NCBI GenBank assembly: GCA_964415795.1
Contig: CAYQBN010000004.1
Span: 35,144-99,143 of the forward strand
DNA: 64,000 nt
Origin: an uncultured Spirochaetales bacterium
GTDB lineage: Bacteria > UBP6 > UBA1177 > JAKLFG01
Reading direction: 5' to 3'
The number at the start of each line of letters is the position of its first letter. The stretch's first letter is position 1. The notes below the pieces were generated by a model that saw only the letters and a program-made list of their open reading frames with translations, was not told where the DNA came from and did not search any database. Shown in pieces: positions 7,125-15,500 of this stretch. A program made the translations under genes and the position numbers.

Positions 7125-9957
7125 AATGCGCCTCCGTACTCATTCCGCTTCGAAGCGATGCCACATACCACGCCGCATAGGAAGAAACATTAGCCGCACT
7201 ATCGCTCAAGAGGAAGTTGACATCCTCTTCCGAGACTTCGCTCTTCAGGCGAGCGGCCGCATAGAGCGCCGTTTCCCGCACGATGGGCGACGGGTCGTAC
7301 ATGAAGATGCCCACTTTGTCGGCCATGTCGGTGATCCCCTCCGTGGCGATGAGGTACAGCGTCACCGCGCGTACCCAATCGTTGTCGTCGGTCAGGCATA
7401 TTTCGAGAATCTCGTGGTAATTATAGGTCTTTATCTTGAACGAGGCGAATCCCTGCGCGAGCTTCTCGCGTTCGTCGATCGCCTCGACGAGCGGCACGAG
7501 GATGCGCCGTATGTCCTTGTCGACGATGTTATCGATGAGTTCGACCGCCGCCGAACGCTGTTCCTTCGAAACATTCTTCTGCGAAAGATTGAAGTATATC
7601 GAGTCGAACAATTTCTGGCCGTAGATGATGGAAAGAAGAGAGAATATACGGTGTATGCACGAGAGGAGCTTTGACTCCATAACATCGACGAGATAGCGGT
7701 AACGGCTTCCCGCCCTGATCTTCTCCTTGTAGTAGAGATGCTGGAAATAGAGATAGAATTCGCGGTAAAGATAACGGCGTAGCAATGCCTGATCGAGCAG
7801 GACCGCATATTCGGTACGGGCCATGATCCGTTTGAGACTTTCGAGCAATGCGCTCCGCAGCTCGTCGGACTGGTTGTACAAATTTTCCATGAGAAGGGGT
7901 ACCACTTCCCGGGAAGGGATGTCACCGAGCATCTTGGCGACTGCCACCTTGAGTTCGAAGTTCTCGAGGTTGTTCTCGAGGATGCTCTTCGCCGGAGGGA
8001 TAACCCTATCTCCGAATGAGGTAAGCGCCTTTGCTGCGTCGAGACTTACCGCACGGTCGGTAAGCATGAACAACAGTTTAGGGATGACCCCTTCGGCCTT
8101 TACCTTGGTCGCCGCCTTCACCGCCTCGCGGCGCACCTGCGGATCGCGGTCATTGAGGAACTCGAATACCTGCTGCTGCATGTTCTGTTGTCCGATTTCG
8201 CCGAGGATATAGGCGGCAGCACTGCGTCGCTCCGGCTGTGGCGATTCGGCAAGTTTTTTGAGATACGGCGCCGCGGTCATGACACCGGTGATGCCGCAGT
8301 ACTTGATGAGCGCGATGATGGCCGAAGAAAGTATCGGCAGGCTCTCGCTTTCAAGAAAAGATGAGACGACCTTGTGTGACTTCTCCATTTGCATGTAGGC
8401 ATAGGTGAGGATCGCATCCTTGACGACCTCCTCATCCTCGCTCTTCATAAGACGAAGGATGTCGTAGGTGTAGAACCGCGACTCCATGGTGCGGAGGATG
8501 CGCAGTATCTTGGTCTTTACCTTCACCGAAACATTCTCCGAAAGGAGCGGCAGGAAATAGCGCCCGAGGTAGAAGTGGCGTCCTTTTTCGATGAGATCGA
8601 GGGCCATGAGCACCTCGTCCTCGTTCTCCGAGGTCATCGCTTCGACGATGACCGATTCGATCATCGTCTGTTTCACGACCATGTCGTCGCTGCCGATACG
8701 CTTTTTCTTGATGTTGTCCTGAAGAACGGCGAGGTATTCCTTCCGAAGAACGAATATGGCGACTCCCCACAATATGCCGCCGAGCACCACGACGATGCTG
8801 ATGTAGCGGTGCGCGACGCCGAAATAGGAAAAAGTGTAGATCATGAGACCGGCCACACCGGCGACGAGCGGTTTGAGCATGCCGTCAATGACCGCTTTGG
8901 CACGGCTTCGATACTTCTGATCGACGGGGATATAGAGCAATTGCACCGCCGCGTCGTTCACCGTGTAGCGGAACGCGAAATCGGAAGCACGCGCCATCGT
9001 GATGAACCAGATGCCTGGCATCACGAGGAAAAGTGTCGAGAAACCGGTGATCATGGCGGGAAGGATGAGCAGACTGAGGAAAATGCTCCAGCGCAGGAGC
9101 CACGAGGTCGCGACCACTTGGAAAAAGAGCGAGAAGAATCCGCTTGCGAAGGCGTACACCATACCGAAGAAACCGGCAAGTTCCTGTTCGCTGAAGTGCT
9201 CGCGCGCCTCCATCTTGAACTGGTAATCCACGAAGTTCACCAGCGTAAAGGTGAGAATGGTGATGAGCGCAATATGGCGGAAATAGGGCTGGTCGAAGAG
9301 GCGGACCGGCGTGTACGCTTTCGTCTTTTGCACCGAGCGTATCACGACGCTCCGTTGTAGTTTCGACTTGTATACGGCACCGATGCGATACACCAGATAG
9401 ATGCAGAGCCCCATGAACAGCACATTGATGAAGAGAAGGTTCTCGACCCGTACTACATGGACCAGCCACTTCACCGAATAACCGGCAACGAGGCTTGCGA
9501 TGATACCCCCTACCCCGATGAAACCAAGCGTCCGCTTCGCCTCCCGTGAATCGAGGAGTTCGTTGGTGAAACTCCAGAATTGGAAGGTCATGAATGCCCC
9601 GATGACCTCCACGAGCACATAGAGGCCGGGATAACTGAATCGAAACCCCGCATGGATAAGGGCAACGAATATGAGCGTCAGCGCTATGCTCAAAAAGAGG
9701 ACCGCGCGGATGAGGGTATCGAGACGGTAGAGCGAGCTGCGACGCGTATAGAACCAAGTGAGCACCGATACGCTCAGCGCGACCAGAATGTACATAAGCG
9801 GCAATTGGGTGATGTCATAGCGCTTCAGGAATAGCGTATCGCGGATGATGCGCCCCTGCACATAAGTAGCGACGACGAGGAAATTATAGAAGAAGAGCTG
9901 AATCGCCCGCCCCTGTTCCTCCTCACGAATGTTGAGCAGGCGGAAAAAGAACCTCAT
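7108..9957 (-). CDS. TLC/Npt1-like (ATP:ADP antiporter-family, MFS-like) membrane transporter fused to a C-terminal HEAT-repeat domain
   Basis: About 11-12 TM segments with FQFWSFTNE and FxGxG motifs, followed by repeated HEAT/PBS-lyase-like units (DPQVRREAVKAATKV, NDWVRAVTLYLIATEG, PSPIVRETALYAAARL). ATGA overlap with trmL. Confidence 0.65.
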   Translation of the reverse strand: MRFFFRLLNIREEEQGRAIQLFFYNFLVVATYVQGRIIRDTLFLKRYDITQLPLMYILVALSVSVLTWFYTRRSSLYRLDTLIRAVLFLSIALTLIFVALIHAGFRFSYPGLYVLVEVIGAFMTFQFWSFTNELLDSREAKRTLGFIGVGGIIASLVAGYSVKWLVHVVRVENLLFINVLFMGLCIYLVYRIGAVYKSKLQRSVVIRSVQKTKAYTPVRLFDQPYFRHIALITILTFTLVNFVDYQFKMEAREHFSEQELAGFFGMVYAFASGFFSLFFQVVATSWLLRWSIFLSLLILPAMITGFSTLFLVMPGIWFITMARASDFAFRYTVNDAAVQLLYIPVDQKYRSRAKAVIDGMLKPLVAGVAGLMIYTFSYFGVAHRYISIVVVLGGILWGVAIFVLRKEYLAVLQDNIKKKRIGSDDMVVKQTMIESVIVEAMTSENEDEVLMALDLIEKGRHFYLGRYFLPLLSENVSVKVKTKILRILRTMESRFYTYDILRLMKSEDEEVVKDAILTYAYMQMEKSHKVVSSFLESESLPILSSAIIALIKYCGITGVMTAAPYLKKLAESPQPERRSAAAYILGEIGQQNMQQQVFEFLNDRDPQVRREAVKAATKVKAEGVIPKLLFMLTDRAVSLDAAKALTSFGDRVIPPAKSILENNLENFELKVAVAKMLGDIPSREVVPLLMENLYNQSDELRSALLESLKRIMARTEYAVLLDQALLRRYLYREFYLYFQHLYYKEKIRAGSRYRYLVDVMESKLLSCIHRIFSLLSIIYGQKLFDSIYFNLSQKNVSKEQRSAAVELIDNIVDKDIRRILVPLVEAIDEREKLAQGFASFKIKTYNYHEILEICLTDDNDWVRAVTLYLIATEGITDMADKVGIFMYDPSPIVRETALYAAARLKSEVSEEDVNFLLSDSAANVSSYAAWYVASLRSGMSTEAHYAYDG

Positions 9958-10418
9958 GCCGACGCTCCGAAATCGTTTTGCCGAAGCGCCTCAAAAAGGA
10001 CGACCGCCGCGGCACTTGAAAGGTTGAGACTGCGCACGAGAAGGTTTTTCATCGGGATGTACCGCGTCCGTTCCTTGCACTTGTCGAGCAGGTCGGGAGA
10101 AAGCCCCCTTGACTCGTTGCCGAACACGAGCCAATCGCCGGGACGATACAGAGCCTTGTCATATCGGACCGCTCCGCGGGTCGAGAAGAAATGTATCGTC
10201 TCGACGGAGAGGTCCCGTATCAGTTCGTCGAGCGACTCCCAAAGGTTCACCGCGATATCCTCCCAATAGTCGAGACCGGCACGCCGCAAGTGGTAGTCGT
10301 CGAGAGAGAAACCGAGCGGTTTGACGAGGTGCAGTTTCCCGCCGGTGGCGAAAACGCTACGCGCGACATTGCCCGTGTTCGGCGGTATCTCGGGACTTAC
10401 GAGCACCACATTGAACAT
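9954..10418 (-). CDS. trmL: tRNA (cytidine/uridine-2'-O)-methyltransferase TrmL (SpoU class)
   Basis: MFNVVLVSPEIPPNTGNVARS...LVFGNESRGL...NLSSAAAVVLFEA aligns closely with E. coli TrmL as recalled. The ORF-track 5' extension starts on TTG and is rejected. Confidence 0.8.
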   Translation of the reverse strand: MFNVVLVSPEIPPNTGNVARSVFATGGKLHLVKPLGFSLDDYHLRRAGLDYWEDIAVNLWESLDELIRDLSVETIHFFSTRGAVRYDKALYRPGDWLVFGNESRGLSPDLLDKCKERTRYIPMKNLLVRSLNLSSAAAVVLFEALRQNDFGASA

Positions 10419-10448
10419 CGCTCGAGCGGCTCCACTTCTCAAATAGCA

Positions 10449-10480
10449 GAGGATTATATCCTAAGCGGCACCGCTTGCAA
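10449..10480 (-). promoter_or_regulatory. sigma70 promoter for the trmL-transporter-cNMP-sppA operon (TTGCAA-16-TATAAT, minus strand), preceded by a T8 tract after the S10-peptidase gene
   Basis: Minus-strand read: CGCCGGCCG-TTTTTTTT-GCAAGCGGTGCCGCTTAGGA-TATAAT. The -10 lies within the GGAT-TATA-TCC inverted repeat. About 27-nt leader to the trmL ATG. Confidence 0.5.
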
Positions 10481-10502
10481 AAAAAACGGCCGGCGAAATC
10501 CT

Positions 10503-12284
10503 TTACCTTCCCAGTGACTTATACCACGCCTCGACATCGGCGGCGTATTTGTCAGGCTCGCTCACGGTTACCGAGTGACCTGCCTTTTCGTAGCGTGGCC
10601 AAACGACCGTGCGGGTCACCCCCTCGCCTACCCCTTCGAAAGAGCCGGACACATAGGAGATAGTGAAAGAGTCCTCTCCGACCTCGACACCGGAAACTTG
10701 CGGAAACATCTTCGCCGCTTCGGGTATCGCAGGCGAAAAAATGACGAGATCGAGCGCGGCCTGCGTGATGAAAGTCTCGGTCACGAGAAGGTTCTCGAGG
10801 AACAGCTCGCCGAAGAGGTTGTTGAATGGGTGTATGGTGTGGCGGTAGAAGGCCTCGGTCACCTTTTCATTAAGACTTGCATAATAGGTATCGTAGTCGC
10901 TAAGTGTGCCAAACAGGGAGCGAAACTCTTCCTCGGGGTCATCCTCGCTCGGCGCAAAAAGAAGACGGAGAAGCCATATCTGTCGGTGCGCCCACGGCGA
11001 AAGTGGTTCCGGAGAAATCAGGGAGAATGGCGAAATGGACATGACCGGTGAGGCGATCTTATAGGCATTCTCGCGCTCCTTGGCATACATCGGCGCGATG
11101 AGCACCGGGTCATGGCCGATGAGCGCGACATAGTTCGTGCGGGTGAGAAGCCGCGGGACGATCGGCGTCATGAGGCCGTTCATCCAGCCATCCTCCTCGT
11201 CGTACTTGTAGAGGTCGCGCCCCAGACCGTTCACGAAGAGGATCGCGTTGTAGTACTTGTCGCACTCGGCGTCGTTCGGGTCGCACGGCGTGAAGGTCGC
11301 CCCCTCCTCCGCCGCTATCTGATAGACCACCGAACCGGGCTGTTCGAGCAGTTCGCCCGACGCGATGTTCTGCGCCTCACCAAAGAGAAGCGGCTGAATG
11401 AGCGCCGCATAGCCGAACTGCTTCGCCCGTTTCGCTGGCGTCATTTCTTCCTCGGGGAAAACGGCCGCGTAGTGCGCCGCGATCTCCGCCGCCAGCACCT
11501 CGTCGGTGTAGTATCCCCCCTTCCCCGCATACCGCTCCGGATTGAGCAGAAGGTTCTGGATCACGATGGTGCGGGTGCCGCCGTAGGACTCGCCCGCGAA
11601 GATGACCGGATTGCCGCGGATCGCCGGATGCTCCGCGAGGAACCGCAGGATCACCCGCACGAAATCGGCGCCATCGAGGAAGGGATTGAAGTTGCGGGTC
11701 GAAAATCCCTTCTGCGTCCCGATGATGCTGTAGGAGAAACCGGTGTTGCGCGCATCGATGTAGAGCACATTGGCGAAGCGGGTCCACGCGGCAGGGTTTT
11801 CGCCGACCGGCAGACCACCGTTGAACTTCTCGTCCATGCTCCGGCGGCCGGTGTTGAAGGTAAGCAAAAGCCCCGTCGCCGACCCGGGACCCCCATTGTA
11901 GAAGACGGCGAGCGGTCTTTCCTCCATCTTCTCCTCTGCCGGCACGAAGGCGTACCAGAGCCGCGCCTCGTCGCTCACATACTTCGCTCCGGAAGTACCG
12001 GGCGTCGTGCGGAGGTAATAGGTCACCGGCTCGATGGTAATGAATCCGCTCTCCCCCGCGAAATCACCCGGAATCGTCTCGACATCGGGCAAGAAGGCAT
12101 CGGCGTCATCGCCGCTTTCCTCGGATTCCTCGTCGGCAAGGAGCATATCTTCGTCGGAGGCGATAGCATCCTCTTCGACGACGGAGAGCGCATCCTCGTC
12201 GCTCTTTTGCTTCGAGGAACTCTCACATGAGAAGAGAAACAACGCGAGAAGCGCAAGAACAACCCGCCACGCGACGCGGAACAT
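10503..12284 (-). CDS. peptidase S10 (serine carboxypeptidase)-like lipoprotein
   Basis: Start placed at the internal Met MFRVAWRVVLALLALFLFSCESS with AAGGAGG-N6-ATG. S10 hallmark motifs FYNGGPGSA and IFAGESYGG. Acidic linker after the lipobox. Confidence 0.55.
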   Translation of the reverse strand: MFRVAWRVVLALLALFLFSCESSSKQKSDEDALSVVEEDAIASDEDMLLADEESEESGDDADAFLPDVETIPGDFAGESGFITIEPVTYYLRTTPGTSGAKYVSDEARLWYAFVPAEEKMEERPLAVFYNGGPGSATGLLLTFNTGRRSMDEKFNGGLPVGENPAAWTRFANVLYIDARNTGFSYSIIGTQKGFSTRNFNPFLDGADFVRVILRFLAEHPAIRGNPVIFAGESYGGTRTIVIQNLLLNPERYAGKGGYYTDEVLAAEIAAHYAAVFPEEEMTPAKRAKQFGYAALIQPLLFGEAQNIASGELLEQPGSVVYQIAAEEGATFTPCDPNDAECDKYYNAILFVNGLGRDLYKYDEEDGWMNGLMTPIVPRLLTRTNYVALIGHDPVLIAPMYAKERENAYKIASPVMSISPFSLISPEPLSPWAHRQIWLLRLLFAPSEDDPEEEFRSLFGTLSDYDTYYASLNEKVTEAFYRHTIHPFNNLFGELFLENLLVTETFITQAALDLVIFSPAIPEAAKMFPQVSGVEVGEDSFTISYVSGSFEGVGEGVTRTVVWPRYEKAGHSVTVSEPDKYAADVEAWYKSLGR

Positions 12285-12371
12285 CGGACACCTCCTTACA
12301 CTCAGAAAGCAAACCGACATCAAGACAAGCAACTTGATGCTCCCCACTTTTTTCTCGAATATCGGCAACCG

Positions 12372-12381
12372 ATTGTCAATA
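12372..12381. promoter_or_regulatory. second copy of the ATTGTCAATA motif (the other is at 4878-4887) in the divergent S10-peptidase / giant-protein control region
   Basis: Exact 10-mer shared by two divergent intergenic regions, both flanked by secreted/lipoprotein genes. An inverted repeat CATCAAG-N8-CTTGATG lies nearby at about 12318-12339. Confidence 0.3.
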
Positions 12382-12560
12382 CCAGAGTTAACAGCCACCG
12401 GAACCACATCGTATCTCTTAACCGCCATTTTTCTAACTTTTTCCTCTTGCAATTCATCTTCGTTTCGCATACCGTGATTTCATCAAGGGAACAATGACCG
12501 GTAGAAACAGTGCCTACGCACGATAAGCGGCGTTCATCAACTTTTTCGACGGAGGGCATC

Positions 12561-15500
12561 ATGCGTCGTCTTGCATCGTGGTTGCATCGCAGGGTGAGGA
12601 CTAGCGAGATTGGCGTAAACACTTCTCTTTTTCTGCTGGTGACGCTCTTTGTCTTGCTCGGAACATGGCCTGTAAATCTCTTTTCAGCCCCAACGCTTTC
12701 TCCGATAGAGATAGTGCCCGCACCGGTGGACAACGAGGTAGGCGTTTCTTCGGTAGTGGTGCGCGGAAGTTATTCGGGGGAAAGACCTCTTCGCATTGCC
12801 GTAAGCGGGTGCTTCTCTTCGCCGGTGTATGTTGATCGGGTCATCCGCATTACGAAAGAGGTTTTCGGATATTATGCCCATGGAGTTCCTCTGGGAACAG
12901 GTGGCCCCTGCACGATAACTCTTCAGGAACAAAAACCGAACGGTATGTGGTCAGCCGTGCCGGGGGCGACGACACAGGTTACCTACAATCCTGCCAACAC
13001 GCGTTCTCTTTGGGGGAGGATTGCGAATTCGGGGCCCCATTGGGGAGAAGAACAACGGGCGATTTACTTTTACGCTGGTCCGCGGATTATTGAAGAAAAC
13101 ATGACCATGAGTTATCCGGTAGCCGATGTTTCTCCTCTTTTTCCTCTATTTATCATCGAGCATGGGCGCTTACTTTACCTCCCGCAAAATGCTCCAATTA
13201 TTATTTCACGAAAAGACAATATCGACACCAAAGGCCCCGCTAATCCTCTCGAAGAGTACTGGTCTTCTCCCGAAGGTATCGCAATGTTGTTTCAGGAAAT
13301 AAAGGCTGCGGGTGTGAATATCATCATGTTCACTTGGTGGGGAGACCTTGAAGAGGAGATCTCCGAGGAATTCCCCTCTGCACCTGTAGGAATTCCGGAC
13401 AATTACTGGAAGATATATTCTGCGCCCACATTGCCTAAGACTTGCCGGTACGAACTACGCTTTGCTGAGAATTTTTGCACACAAATCACGGGAGGACTCC
13501 GTTTTGATGCCCCGGCATCGGAAGAGAATCCGGGGATACTCAAGAGATCTCCGTGTGAATGTCAGTGCTCCTGCGAAAATAACCCCTTATGCTGGTATGG
13601 GTTCTGTTCACAGTGCCAATGGAATCCAAACAAGGGCGAGTTTTTTTGTGGCGATGAGAATATGAGTTGTTATTTCAATCTCCTTTGCAAAAGAAAGTGT
13701 ATCTCTGCGGCAGACTGCTCCCCTGGTGAAGACTGTGTGGAAAACATAGTGGAGAACATATGCAAGAAACGCTGTACTAATCAGCCAACAGATTGTCCTG
13801 CCCAAGAAATTTGTGTGGAGGGCTACTGCGAGCCAAATTTTTGCCAACACTTCCCCTATTTTGAAGAAACTTCTTGTTATGAACCATTTAGCGAAGCGGA
13901 CTATCAACAGAGCGGCATCAATACCCACGGAAGACGGTATGATGTCATAGACCAGATGTTCAAAGCGGCCGTTGATGCGGGGCTTTTGGTAGTCCCCGTC
14001 ATGGAATACGATCCTTTTCACTATTTTCTCTACGAATTTCCTCACAATCTTGCGCCTATTCGGAAGAGAATTTCGCAACTTCTTACCAAATATGGTGATC
14101 ACCCTAACTGGCTTTACCTTTATGACAAGGAGGGGTATCCCCGCAAAGCCATTTATCTTTTACAGGCACTTTCGATAAGGCCTGGAATTTATAGAGAGAA
14201 TGGGGTTGATATAGTGATTGGTAAAGAGGACTACGCCAATGCTCTTGACAGCCTTGCGGAAGAGTTCTCTGTGGGATTTATTCTTGATCCTACCGCGCTG
14301 GGGCCAGACTATCAATACGAAAATATGCATACTCCATCGATTGATGAATATCTTCGCATTTCAAGTCTTCTTGCCGTGTCTCCGTTCGGACTGCCGTTCG
14401 CTCAACATCTCACCATTCGAGACAAAGTTCTTACTTGGGCCTCGTCTTCTTCCAGTCCTCTTGAACCAATAGATGAACCAATAGAAGATCATCTGATGAA
14501 TAAGGCGTGGCAGTGGGTGAGCGAATGGAAATCACCTACGGAGGGAAATAGGGTTCCTCTCGTGGTTAATGTGATTCCCGGTTTTGATGATCGCTGGCGT
14601 GCACCAATGTCTCCATCAGTATTCAATGTCTTCGGTGACAACCCTTCATGGCGTGAGCGGAATGCGGCACTCGCGTTCCTTTTTAATACCGCGGGAATTA
14701 GCCTTGCCATCTGGAACGGATATGGCGAAGGGTATGTATGGACCCCTTACCGGAAGCGGTTGTTTCTCCGTGATGAGAGATATCAAATAGACTCTTCTTA
14801 CCAGAGCGGTCCGCTTGCCATTCCGCAAGAGCGCCTCAATCTCATTTTTGCGACTCGGGGAAATCTTCCCCCCGATGATCCGCGGTATATCGGTGATAAG
14901 AACGATCCGCATTATAACGATCCCGTCCATGAAGATCATATCGTGACTGACAATTACTGTTACGCAGGGTACTTGTTCTCGCAAGACGCCGACGGCGACG
15001 GTGTGCCCGATGCCTGTGACAACTGCCCCACCATCCGCAACCCGATGGTGCTCGCGATGGGGGAGGTGGCGTTCGGGTACAACGGGCCTGACGACTATTC
15101 GAACGGGGCGCTGTTCAATCCGAAGACGCGGAAGCACACGAAGACGGTGTGGGGGAAGTTCGGAATTCCCAGTTACTACTGGCAGCCTGACCACGATCTC
15201 GACGGGGTGGGCGACGCGTGCGATCCCGATACGGCGTATGTGAAGCCGCTCGAGGTGGTTTCTCCGCCGATGAAGCAGGGTGCCGACTCATCGCGCACCT
15301 ACATCGCGAACGAATACCTCACGCTCAAGGTGCAGGCGACAACCACGCAGGAGAAGTCGGTTCCAAGCACCAACCGCTATTGCTGGATTACGAAGAACGA
15401 ATATCTCCGAGGTCTCTGGGGCACCCCCGGCTACTGTTCGGTCTACAGGCCGGAACCGGAACCGGGCAAGCCGTTCGTCTGGCAGGCAGGGCGCTCGTTC

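Noticed and set aside
10481-10500. T8 run after the S10 peptidase gene, as a rho-independent terminator.
   Set aside because: The upstream GC-rich segment (CGCCGGCCG) cannot form a convincing stem-loop. It is kept only as a note within the promoter feature.
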